A stretch of 64,000 nucleotides of DNA, from positions 8,567 through 72,566 of the forward strand of contig CAYRFI010000002.1 of assembly GCA_964423595.1 (NCBI GenBank). Direction: 5' to 3'. The notes beneath the pieces were generated by a model, which worked only from the letters and a program-made list of their open reading frames with translations, did no database searches and was not told the DNA's origin. A program made the translations under genes and the position numbers. The DNA is from an uncultured Thermoanaerobaculia bacterium. GTDB lineage: Bacteria; Acidobacteriota; Thermoanaerobaculia; Thermoanaerobaculales; Sulfomarinibacteraceae. Below are positions 25,703 to 36,475 of this stretch, piece after piece (position 1 is the stretch's first letter; every line of letters starts with the position of its first letter).

Positions 25703-27455
25703 CTGCCCACTCCTTCCCCTTACCGTCGATCGTTTCCTCGCTCTCCGCTTCCGACACAGTTCTCGAGAGCTCCTTGAGCGTTGTGGCCCCCGCTTTCACC
25801 TTCCCCAGACCGTCCCACCACATCTGCATGTAACCGCTCTCACGCACGGAGTCGAGCACCTGGTCGCGGTCCGTTCCAGCCGAGACAACGGACTGCAGTC
25901 GAGGGCTCGACACGACCAGCTCGTAAACGCCGATCCGACCGCGGTAGCCGGCTCCCCGGCAGCGGTCGCATCCCGCCCCTTCGCGATACGGAACACCGCG
26001 CTCCAACCAACCCTTGAGGGATCGTGCGTCTTCCGATGATGGCTCGACGTCGTGAACGCAGTCGGGGCATACCTTCCGCACCAGTCTCTGCGCGAGAATT
26101 CCGATAACACTCGAAGCAATCAGGTATCGCGGCAGGCCAAGATCCACAAGACGGACGATCGCCGACGGCGCATCATTGGTGTGGAGGGTCGAAAGCACGA
26201 GGTGGCCCGTCAGCGCCGCCTGAACCGCGATCTGTGCGGTTTCGAGGTCTCGGATCTCGCCGATCAGGATGACGTCCGGGTCCTGCCGGAGGATCGACCG
26301 CAGACCACTTGCAAACGTGAAACCTGCCCGGTCGTGAACCTGGCCCTGGCTGATCCCGCGCAGCTCATACTCCACCGGATCCTCGAGGGTGACAATGTTG
26401 ATATCCGGTTGGTTGAGATGGCGCAACGAGGCGTACAGCGTCGAGGTCTTGCCGGATCCCGTCGGCCCGGTGACGAGCACGATGCCCTGACGCCGACGCA
26501 GCAGATCACGCCATCTGTCGAGCAGCGACTCTGACATCCCGATATTCTCGAGGTCGAACCTCTGACGCTCCTTGTCGAGCAGGCGCATGACGATCTTTTC
26601 GCCGCGAATCGTGGGAAAGGTCGACATCCGCACATCGACCTGGCGTCCCCGGTAGCGGACCCGCACCTTGCCGTCCTGCGGAACCCGCCGTTCCGAGATG
26701 TCGAGCTCGGAGAGGATTTTGAGGCGCGATATGACTGCCGGCGCGACCGTCGCCTGAAGATTGAACGGCTTGTTCTGGAGGACGCCATCGATGCGGTATC
26801 TGACCACGACCGCGCCCTCCTGAGGCTCGAGGTGGATGTCCGACGCCTCCTCCTGAATGGCTCTCGCGATGATGAGGTTCACCAACCGGATCAACGGCCG
26901 ACCGACCTCAGCCTCGTCGAGGGACACGGCGATGTCGATAGGTGCCCCGCTTAACGATTCGAACTCAATCAGGGTGTCGCTTGACCACGGGTCGAGCTCG
27001 CCAAAATACTCGGTCAGGCGCCGGTCCACGTCACGCTCGAGAGCCAGAACCGGCAGAATCTCCTTGCCTGTGAGAAACCGCAACTCATCGAGCTTGGCGA
27101 TGTTGTTGGGGTCAGGCATCGCGACGGTGAGCTGGTTGTCGACCATGAAGAGCGGTATGACCTTGAGCTCGAAGGCTTTTTCCTTCGGCACGAGGTCGAT
27201 AACGACGGCGTCGCCGTAGGTGGTGTCCAGATTGACTGCCGGCACGTTATGGAGCTTTGACAGCACGTCACGCAGGACGTCGGGGGTCAAGGCTCCCATT
27301 TCGATCAGGATTTCGCCGATAAAGCCGCCGCGGTTTCCCTGCAGCACCATGGCCTTACGCAGCTGCTCGGCGTTGACCAGCCCGCGACTGATGAGCAGCT
27401 CTCCAACCCGATTCCGGTCGGCATTCCTGTCCGCGATCGAACGATATTGTGCCAT
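25671..27455 (-). CDS. PilB/GspE-family secretion ATPase with MshEN-like N-terminal domain
   Basis: Walker A GPTGSGKTSTLYA, Asp and His boxes, tetracysteine CPDC...CDRC. N-terminus RVGELLISRGLVNAEQLRKAMVLQ-GNRGG-FIGEILIEMGALTPDVLRDVLSKL. Start at ATG 27455. Confidence 0.9.
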   Translation of the reverse strand: MAQYRSIADRNADRNRVGELLISRGLVNAEQLRKAMVLQGNRGGFIGEILIEMGALTPDVLRDVLSKLHNVPAVNLDTTYGDAVVIDLVPKEKAFELKVIPLFMVDNQLTVAMPDPNNIAKLDELRFLTGKEILPVLALERDVDRRLTEYFGELDPWSSDTLIEFESLSGAPIDIAVSLDEAEVGRPLIRLVNLIIARAIQEEASDIHLEPQEGAVVVRYRIDGVLQNKPFNLQATVAPAVISRLKILSELDISERRVPQDGKVRVRYRGRQVDVRMSTFPTIRGEKIVMRLLDKERQRFDLENIGMSESLLDRWRDLLRRRQGIVLVTGPTGSGKTSTLYASLRHLNQPDINIVTLEDPVEYELRGISQGQVHDRAGFTFASGLRSILRQDPDVILIGEIRDLETAQIAVQAALTGHLVLSTLHTNDAPSAIVRLVDLGLPRYLIASSVIGILAQRLVRKVCPDCVHDVEPSSEDARSLKGWLERGVPYREGAGCDRCRGAGYRGRIGVYELVVSSPRLQSVVSAGTDRDQVLDSVRESGYMQMWWDGLGKVKAGATTLKELSRTVSEAESEETIDGKGKEWADGDVQESSGD

Positions 27456-27619
27456 CCTGTGTCTTCCGACCCATGCTACGTCAATCCCCAGGGGTTCACA
27501 ACAAACGTTCGAGTCATTCACTCCCACGCTCCGGCCAGCGAGATCGCGGGAATTGACGCCGCACCAGCGCAATGACAGAGTAGAGACCATCGAAATATCC
27601 GGAAATCGCCTTTCTGGCC

Positions 27620-30600
27620 GTGGGAGGTGGGAACATCGACAAAGACAGCCGATCGGAGATGGCACGCGCGTTGCGGGCAATTGACGCCCGGGGCGTCTGT
27701 TGCCGTGCGGTTGCCGCCGGACGGCGCGGGGAGGCACTGCTCAGGGAAATTTGCCGCGGTCTGGTCGGGGCCGGGTACACAGCAGCTGTCGTCCATTACC
27801 TGAGCCCGGAAACGCGCGGGCCTCGGCTCGCAGCGTATGCCGGGATCGAACTCGCGGAAACCGACGATACTGCATCGGCCACCGTAGATCCCGCAAAGGC
27901 AACGGGCGCGGCCGATTTGACCCTCGCGGTTGTCCACGACCTTGCCGAATCGGCGGAAAAGGACTCGCTTATCCGCGCCGCGCGCGACCGCGGCGGCCGC
28001 GCCCTCGCGCGGCTGCGAATCAGACCGTCGAACGGAGAACTCGCTCTGCTCAGCGTCTTCGCGTCCGATCCGGGCGCCTTTACAGGCGAGGAGGCTGCTC
28101 AGCTCGAGGGGATCGTTCACGACCTCGAGGTTGCCCTTCATACCCCTCCTCCGCCCGGCCCCGCCGGCAATGCGTTCACTCCAGGTCCGGCTGCGGCTCT
28201 CGTCGGCGCGCGGCCGCCGTCCGCTCGGACGAGGCGCAAAACCGAGCGAGCCATGGGGGAACAGCTCGAACTCACCCGATCCATCACCGACTCCGCTCAG
28301 GACGCAATCATCATGGTCGACGAGGACGGTGCTGTCACCTACTGGAACCGGGCAGCCGAGAATATCTTCGGCTGGACCGCAGAGGAGATACTGGGGCAGC
28401 AGATTTTCGGTGCGCTGGTTCCGGAGGATTTGCACGACGCCGCCCAGCGCGTGTTCGCCAGCTTCACCAATGCCGGTGCCGGCGGTGCCATCGGCAGGAC
28501 ACTCGAGCTCTCCGCCCTGCAAAAAAACGGCGGCGAGATTCCGGTCGAACTTTCGCTGTCCAGCGTCCGCCTGCGGGGGCGATGGCAGGCGATCGGGATC
28601 ATCCGCGACATCACCGAAAGAAAGCGGGTTCTCAACGATCTCAAGGAGGCAAAGCTGGCAGCCGAGGCCGCGGCCGAGGCGAAATCGATGTTTTTGGCAA
28701 ACGTCAGCCACGAGCTCCGTACGCCTCTGAACGGGATCATCGGCATGACGGACCTGTTGCTGGACACGCCCCTCGACCGGCAACAGTACGATTTCGCCCG
28801 CACCGTGCGCCGCTCCGGCGAGATCTTGCTTGCCGTCATCAACGACATTCTCGATTTCTCGAAAATCGGCTCGGGAAAACTCGAGTTCGAGTCGATTCCC
28901 TTCTCCGTCCGCGCGTGCGTCGAGGAGGTTGGAGATCTGCTTGCACAGAAGGCGGCCGTCAAGAACTTGGAGCTGGTCATCATGGTCGACCACCGGGTGC
29001 CGCCAGACGTCGAGGGCGACCCGGGCAGGCTGCGCCAGGTGATCACCAATCTCGTGAACAACGCCATCAAATTCACCGAAAAGGGAGAGGTCGTGGTCGC
29101 AGTTCGTCCGGCGGAAAGCGATGACCAGCGGGTCGGTCTGGTATTCGAGGTGGAGGACACCGGGATCGGCATCCCGACCGGCCGCATCGGCGATCTCTTC
29201 CTGCCGTTCACCCAGGCCGACGCATCCACCACACGCCGTTTCGGTGGAACGGGGCTCGGTCTGAGCATCGTCAAGAGCCTGGTCGAGCGAATGGGCGGAA
29301 CGCTCGAGGTCGAAAGCCGTGAAGGCGAAGGATCCGTTTTTCGGTTCATCGCCTTTTTTGCCCCGGCGCAGCCGCGGGAGGCCGACACACCCATCCGTCA
29401 CGATTCGCTGGCCGGCCTCAACGTCTTGATCGTCGATGACAACAAGACCAACAGGCGCCTCCTCGAAGAACTTCTCAATCGGTGGGGTTGTACGATCGAA
29501 GCCGCGGCCAGCGGGGCCGACGCCATCGATCTTCTGATCGCAGAGGACGAAGCGGTTGCGTTCGATTTCGCGATCCTCGATTTCAGCATGCCCGGAATGG
29601 ATGGCGCCTCCCTCGCCGCCGCTATCAAGACCAACCCGCGATTTTCCAAGCTCCCTCTCATCCTTTTGACCTCGATGCCGGAGTACGGAGACGGCGCGAG
29701 GATGCGCGAGGCCGGATTCTCTGCCTATCTCACCAAACCGATCAAGCAGTCGTATCTCTACGACGCAATCCTTTCAGTACTGGCCGAGTCGGATGTACCG
29801 GCGACTGAAAAGCCCCGCAGATTGGTCACGCGCCACACCCTGGTGGAGGCCAGGCAGTCGCGGCTGCGCATTCTCGTCGTGGAGGACAACCAGATCAACC
29901 AGAAAGTCGCTGCGCGAATGTTGGAACGCCTCGGATATCGATGCGACATCGCTGGCAACGGCCAGGAAGCCCTCGATGCTCTCGACCGCCGCTCATACGA
30001 CGTCATCCTCATGGACTGCCAGATGCCGGTCATGGACGGCTTCGAGGCAACGAGAAGTATCAGGGATCGCGAACGCGACCGAGAACAGCACACGCCGATT
30101 ATCGCCACCACAGCGCACACGTTGGACGGCGACCGCGAGCGATGTGTTGAGGCGGGCATGGACGGCTACATCTCGAAGCCGATAGACATTGAGGAGCTCG
30201 CTGATACTCTCGAGCGGTTCGATTTCGCGGCCGACCACGCGAAGATCCCATTCTTCGATGAAGACCGCCCTCTCACTCTCGACCCCTCCCGCATCCGCAA
30301 GATCTCCCATGGCGACCAGGAGTTCCAACACCGTTTGCTGAGGCTTTTCATGGACGAGAGCAAAAACCGACGCAGCGCCATCGACGCAGCCCTCGAAGCC
30401 GAGGATGCGTCGGCCCTGCAGGAGCAGGCGCATGCTCTCAAGGGCGGCGCCGCGAATATCGGCGCTGACGGTACCGCCGAGCTCGCCAGGCGTCTGCAGA
30501 AAGCCGCCGAGGACGGTGATATGGTCCTTTGCGCCACCCTCCGGCAACGGCTTTCCCTCGAACTCGACGCCGCGCAGGCCGGGCTCCGCCGGATGCTGGA

Positions 30601-30628
30601 CGAGCTTGACGACGACGGCCGGCTCTAA
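27620..30628 (+). CDS. Hybrid sensor kinase (N-terminal sensor - PAS - HisKA - HATPase - REC - REC - HPt)
   Basis: FLANVSHELRTPLNGIIG, NLVNNAIKFT, DTGIGI, GTGLGLSIVK. Two REC domains (LIVDDNKTN..., LVVEDNQINQ...LMDCQMPVMDG). HPt HALKGGAANIGA. Start is GTG 27620 or ATG 27659. Confidence 0.9.
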   Translation: MGGGNIDKDSRSEMARALRAIDARGVCCRAVAAGRRGEALLREICRGLVGAGYTAAVVHYLSPETRGPRLAAYAGIELAETDDTASATVDPAKATGAADLTLAVVHDLAESAEKDSLIRAARDRGGRALARLRIRPSNGELALLSVFASDPGAFTGEEAAQLEGIVHDLEVALHTPPPPGPAGNAFTPGPAAALVGARPPSARTRRKTERAMGEQLELTRSITDSAQDAIIMVDEDGAVTYWNRAAENIFGWTAEEILGQQIFGALVPEDLHDAAQRVFASFTNAGAGGAIGRTLELSALQKNGGEIPVELSLSSVRLRGRWQAIGIIRDITERKRVLNDLKEAKLAAEAAAEAKSMFLANVSHELRTPLNGIIGMTDLLLDTPLDRQQYDFARTVRRSGEILLAVINDILDFSKIGSGKLEFESIPFSVRACVEEVGDLLAQKAAVKNLELVIMVDHRVPPDVEGDPGRLRQVITNLVNNAIKFTEKGEVVVAVRPAESDDQRVGLVFEVEDTGIGIPTGRIGDLFLPFTQADASTTRRFGGTGLGLSIVKSLVERMGGTLEVESREGEGSVFRFIAFFAPAQPREADTPIRHDSLAGLNVLIVDDNKTNRRLLEELLNRWGCTIEAAASGADAIDLLIAEDEAVAFDFAILDFSMPGMDGASLAAAIKTNPRFSKLPLILLTSMPEYGDGARMREAGFSAYLTKPIKQSYLYDAILSVLAESDVPATEKPRRLVTRHTLVEARQSRLRILVVEDNQINQKVAARMLERLGYRCDIAGNGQEALDALDRRSYDVILMDCQMPVMDGFEATRSIRDRERDREQHTPIIATTAHTLDGDRERCVEAGMDGYISKPIDIEELADTLERFDFAADHAKIPFFDEDRPLTLDPSRIRKISHGDQEFQHRLLRLFMDESKNRRSAIDAALEAEDASALQEQAHALKGGAANIGADGTAELARRLQKAAEDGDMVLCATLRQRLSLELDAAQAGLRRMLDELDDDGRL

Positions 30629-30732
30629 CCCGCATATCTCACCGGGTTTCGTCGCAAGGGCAGCCAGATGAGAAAACAACGCTGGGTGCGATACATCGCC
30701 GGTCGCAGCAGGAAGCTGGTGAGATATGTGGG
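30629..30732. mobile_element. 104-bp MITE-like element carrying the IS terminus as inverted repeats
   Basis: CCCGCATATCTCAC (30629-30642) ... GTGAGATATGTGGG (30719-30732). Begins directly after the kinase stop TAA. Confidence 0.7.
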
Positions 30733-30901
30733 CTGAATCACTCCGATTCGAGTTATGATGACTCGGGACCCGGGGACCGCGCCCACGGGGCCTGGGAACC
30801 GAAACAAGCGGGCGATCGTAGTGAACAGCAGGCCAGGTTCGCCGCGACCACGAGCGTCGATGCCGTCATCTGGCGGCCCCGACGCGAGTTCGGGAGGCTA
30901 G

Positions 30902-33583
30902 ATGGATTGGTCGGCTCGCATCATTCTCGCGGACGAGGACCACGAGCGAAGGCGCTTGGTGCGCGCGGCCCTTGCCACCATCGAAGGGGATGTTGAGCTC
31001 ACCGAAGTCTCATCGGACGAGGACCTCAAGCGGTCGCTGGCCGGCGACGGCCCGACACCGGTCGTCATCGCCGGCGTCGGCAGCAAAAGCTCGACACGTT
31101 TTCATTTTCTCGAGACCGTCGTCGCGCTCCGGCCGTCGGCGCCGACGGTAGTGATGGCCGATGCCGCGGAGGAGGCACTCGTTGTCGATGCACTTCGAGG
31201 CGGCGCCGGCGATCTCGTGGTCGCGACACCATCAGGGGTCAAACGTCTCCTGCCCGCGGTCGCGACCGCCCTCGAGGAGGCTCGTGTCGCCGCGGAGACT
31301 GAGTCTACAATCACCAGCGATCCGGAGATGGCTGCCTCGATCGTCGATGCCCTGGACACGCTGGTCGTGGTCGTCGATCCGGAGGGCCGCATCGTGCACT
31401 TCAACCGCGCCTGCGAGGCGGCGACCGGTTTCACTGCAGAAGAGCTCAGGGGCCGTCGTATTTGGGACGCGCTCATTCTCGACGACGAACGCGAATCAGT
31501 CATTGGCGTCTTCACCGACCTCCTAGTCAATGGGAACCAGTCGCGTCACCTCAATCATTGGCTGACCAAGGACGGTCCGCCACGCCTGATCTCGTGGTCC
31601 AACGCCGCAGTGGGAGACCGAACCGGCCGCGCCAAGTACGTCATCGGTACCGGGGTCGACGTCACAGATCGGCGGGATGCGAAGGCCGAGGCGGCCTCGG
31701 GAACTGCGTTTTTCGAGGCCCTCGTCGACACGATGTCCGACGCCTTGATCGTCGACGACGTCGAAGGCCGTGTGACCTATGTCAACAGTCGGTGCTGCGA
31801 GCTGTTCGGATACTCGCGCGAGGAGATGATCGGGCAACACCTTGCCAAATTCCTCGACCCCGCCAGCGTTCCGGTTCTTCTCAAGGAGACGGCCGGACGT
31901 TTCGTTGGAAGAAACGAGCCGTACGAGCTCATCGTGCGACGAAGGGAAGGCAACCCGGTCAGCTTCCTGGTCGCCCCGCAGGCGCTGCGGGACGCCGACG
32001 GCGAGCGGACGGGATCGTTTGCCGTGCTGACCGACCTGACTGCAATCCGACGGACCGAGGCGGAGCGCTCCCTGCTGGCGACCGCGATCGAGCAATCGGG
32101 TGAGTCGGTGATCATCACCGGCACGGACGGAGAGATCCGTTACGTCAACCCGGCGTTCGAGGAGGTGACCGGCTACTCGCAGGACGAGGCTATCGGTTCG
32201 AAACCCAGCATCCTCAAGAGCGGCCGTCAGGACGATGCGTTCTACCGTGATCTGTGGAAGACCATCACCGCCGGCGAGGTCTGGACCGGGACGTTTATCA
32301 ATCGCGCCAAGGACGGCACACTCTTCGAGGAAGACGGTACCATCTCCCCTGTCCGGGACGAATGCGGCAATATCGTCGCCTTCGTCGCAGTCAAACGTGA
32401 CGTCAGCGAGGAGCGCCTGCTCGCCAAGCAGCTCGAGCGCGCCCAGAAGCTCGAGGCAGTCGGCCTGCTTGCCGGCGGCATCGCGCACGACTTCAACAAC
32501 CTCCTGATGGCGATCGCCGGATCAACCGAGGTCCTGGGCCTCCGCGCACCGAAGGAAATGGTCGAAAGCGCAGAGATGGCGACAATCCGCAAGACTGTCG
32601 AACGCGGCGCCGAACTCACCCGCCGCCTGCTGTCGGTCGCCCGCCAGCAGTCGCTTGAACTGGCGCGCGTCGATCTCAACGAAATTGTCGAACGGGAGCT
32701 CGACATCCTCCGCCGCATCGTTCCCGAGTCAATCAACATCGAGTTTTCCGCCGGCGCCGGGCCTCTCACGGTGCGTGGCGACCGCGGGCAGCTGGCGCAA
32801 ACCGTCATGAACCTGGTCATCAATGCTCGTGACGCCTTGCCCGACGGCGGTCGAATCGAACTCTCGACCGTGATGGTGACCGCCGATGCGCTCTTGCTGA
32901 CAGCTCACCCCTCGGCCAAGGGCGGCAAATATGTCAGGCTCACAGTCGAGGACAACGGGATTGGAATGGATGCCGACGTCCGTGACCACGTGTTTGAGCC
33001 GTTCTTCTCGAACAAGAACGATCCCGAGAAATCGGGGCTCGGACTGGCGACCGCCTACGGCGTGGTTCGCCAGCATCACGGAATGATCAATCTCGAAAGC
33101 AGCCCGGGCGCCGGGACCCGGTTCGACATCTATCTCCCGGCCGCTGCGGCAACCGCTGGAGAGGTCGACTCAGAACCGGAGATCGCTACGGCCGGAGGCG
33201 GTGAGAGGATTCTCGTGGTCGAGGACGAACCCGCCGTCCGGCACGCCCAGGTGGAGATGCTGAGCGCTCTTGGTTACGAGGTGCGCGAGGCCGAGAACGG
33301 TCGCCTCGCGCTCGAGGTGCTCAAATCGGAGGGCGACGCCATCGATCTCGTGCTGAGCGATGTGACCATGCCCGAGATGGGCGGCCGCGAGCTTTACGAC
33401 CAGGCCCACCAGCTGAAACTGGAGATTCCTTTTGTCTTTTCGTCGGGCTATACGGGGAACGAGTTCATGAACCGGCTGCGGGACGGCGAACATATCCATT
33501 TCATCGCCAAGCCTTATTCCCTTTCGCAGCTGGCCGGAATCATCCGAAAGGCCCTCGCTGAGAGCGCCGGCCGGGAGGCGTGA
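30902..33583 (+). CDS. Hybrid sensor kinase (pseudo-receiver - 3x PAS - HisKA - HATPase - REC)
   Basis: Paralog of 14053-16755 (GGIAHDFNNLLMAIAGSTEVL, DNGIGM, SGLGLATAYG, C-terminal REC ILVVEDEPAV...DLVLSDVTMPEMGG). The N-terminal REC-like fold lacks the acceptor Asp (VVIAGVG). Confidence 0.9.
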   Translation: MDWSARIILADEDHERRRLVRAALATIEGDVELTEVSSDEDLKRSLAGDGPTPVVIAGVGSKSSTRFHFLETVVALRPSAPTVVMADAAEEALVVDALRGGAGDLVVATPSGVKRLLPAVATALEEARVAAETESTITSDPEMAASIVDALDTLVVVVDPEGRIVHFNRACEAATGFTAEELRGRRIWDALILDDERESVIGVFTDLLVNGNQSRHLNHWLTKDGPPRLISWSNAAVGDRTGRAKYVIGTGVDVTDRRDAKAEAASGTAFFEALVDTMSDALIVDDVEGRVTYVNSRCCELFGYSREEMIGQHLAKFLDPASVPVLLKETAGRFVGRNEPYELIVRRREGNPVSFLVAPQALRDADGERTGSFAVLTDLTAIRRTEAERSLLATAIEQSGESVIITGTDGEIRYVNPAFEEVTGYSQDEAIGSKPSILKSGRQDDAFYRDLWKTITAGEVWTGTFINRAKDGTLFEEDGTISPVRDECGNIVAFVAVKRDVSEERLLAKQLERAQKLEAVGLLAGGIAHDFNNLLMAIAGSTEVLGLRAPKEMVESAEMATIRKTVERGAELTRRLLSVARQQSLELARVDLNEIVERELDILRRIVPESINIEFSAGAGPLTVRGDRGQLAQTVMNLVINARDALPDGGRIELSTVMVTADALLLTAHPSAKGGKYVRLTVEDNGIGMDADVRDHVFEPFFSNKNDPEKSGLGLATAYGVVRQHHGMINLESSPGAGTRFDIYLPAAAATAGEVDSEPEIATAGGGERILVVEDEPAVRHAQVEMLSALGYEVREAENGRLALEVLKSEGDAIDLVLSDVTMPEMGGRELYDQAHQLKLEIPFVFSSGYTGNEFMNRLRDGEHIHFIAKPYSLSQLAGIIRKALAESAGREA

Positions 33584-33615
33584 CGGTGGCCGCAGGCGCC
33601 GACTGACCAGCGATC

Positions 33616-35307
<1,692 letters not shown>

Positions 35308-35322
35308 CTCGACTCCTCCCGC

Positions 35323-36057
35323 TCACTCTCCGTTGATGATCTTTTTGACACGCTCGAGATCTTCCGGCGTGTCCACCCCGAACGCCGGATGCGGCGCGTC
35401 TAAAACCAATATCGGAATACCGTTTTCCAGCGCCCGCAACTGCTCGAGGCCTTCGGCCTGCTCGAGCTCGGACGGCGGCAGCGCGACGAACTCTTCGAGT
35501 GCATCGCGACGGAAGCCATAGATCCCGAGATGGAGCCGCCACAGTTTCCACGCTACCTCACGGTGTCTCGGGTAGGGGATCGGCGAGCGCGAGAAGTACA
35601 GCGCCCGACCCCGCGCGTCCCGGACCACCTTGACTGCGTTCGGGTCTTCGGCGCGCTCCGCCTCGAGCGGCCGGCACAGGGTCGATATCCGCACTTCGTC
35701 GTCGCCGATGAGCCCGCCGACCAGTACATCGATGTTGTCGCCGGAGAGCAGCGGCTCGTCGCCCTGAACGTTGATCACGATCTCCCACTCGTCGCGGCCC
35801 GCAACCGCAGCCGCTACCCGATCGGTCCCAGAAGGACACTCGCCGGTCATGACCGCTTCGGCGCCTGCAGCAGCCGCAGCTTCAGCAATCCGCCCATCAT
35901 CGGTCGCGACGATGACGTGATCGACCGTCGTCGCCTCGGATGCGCGACGCACGACGTGCACGATCATTGGCTCGCCGGCCAGCTCCGCCATCGGCTTCCC
36001 CGGGAAACGGGTGGAAGCCCAGCGTGCCGGAATCACCGCGACGACCCTAGCCCGCAT
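35323..36057 (-). CDS. kdsB: 3-deoxy-manno-octulosonate cytidylyltransferase
   Basis: VAVIPARWASTRFPGKP, NVQGDEP and IDTPEDL-like (VDTPEDL) motifs. 16 nt downstream of pyrG. Confidence 0.9.
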   Translation of the reverse strand: MRARVVAVIPARWASTRFPGKPMAELAGEPMIVHVVRRASEATTVDHVIVATDDGRIAEAAAAAGAEAVMTGECPSGTDRVAAAVAGRDEWEIVINVQGDEPLLSGDNIDVLVGGLIGDDEVRISTLCRPLEAERAEDPNAVKVVRDARGRALYFSRSPIPYPRHREVAWKLWRLHLGIYGFRRDALEEFVALPPSELEQAEGLEQLRALENGIPILVLDAPHPAFGVDTPEDLERVKKIINGE

Positions 36058-36226
36058 GTCTCACCAACTTCCTACTGCGGCCGGAAATCTGCGGCAAACT
36101 GCGGCGTTTGCTCCCGTCGGGCTGCTCAACGTACCGTCAAGTACGATTCCGCGGCCCTCGGGTCGCAAACACCACATCTCACAACAGCTTTCCGGCCTCG
36201 TGACGAAACCTGGTAAGACATGCGGG
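36051..36226. mobile_element. MITE-like element(s) with the IS terminus
   Basis: CCCGCATGTCTCACC (36051-36065), internal CACCACATCTCAC (36170-36182) and GGTAAGACATGCGGG (36212-36226). 36170-36226 read in reverse aligns with the 30.6-kb element (CCCGCATGTCTTACCAGGTTTCGTCAC...). Confidence 0.65.
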
Positions 36227-36475
36227 TTTAAATCAGCTTTTCTCATTCTGTATATCGATCCTATTGGGCAGTCGGATGGAAGTCAAGAAGGGCCCACCGG
36301 ATTCATACAGTCGTTTGTTAGGAATTCATAAAATGTTGTATTTATTTATATTTAACGTTCATTTTCAGCAATTCTTGGTCGACCGATGCCGTTTTCACGT
36401 GTTTTGGAAACCCAACTCCAGAACGCAAACGAGGGGCACTTGTCAGAATCGATGGAAATTGATACAAACAACTGT

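Noticed and set aside
27518-29401. Very long ORFs antisense to annotated genes. Examples: 27518-29401, 14548-16350, 60060-61676, 21280-22572, 20733-21587, 31523-32488, 33757-34860, 54239-55321, 52552-53382 and 10529-11146.
   Set aside because: These are typical shadow ORFs of GC-rich DNA. Their translations are Arg/Pro/Gly/Ala-rich low-complexity strings without motifs, whereas the opposite strand encodes clearly recognisable domains.
36376-36390. Sigma-54-like sequence TTGGTCGACCGATGC upstream of the TetR gene. It is preceded by the same 12-mer TTATATTTAACG (36346-36357) found upstream of promoter P3 (12551-12562).
   Set aside because: GG-to-GC spacing is one nt short of the invariant N10, and the -24 half is TGGTC rather than TGGCA. 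A single shared AT-rich 12-mer cannot be separated from chance. It is worth a motif scan, but I do not call it a promoter.
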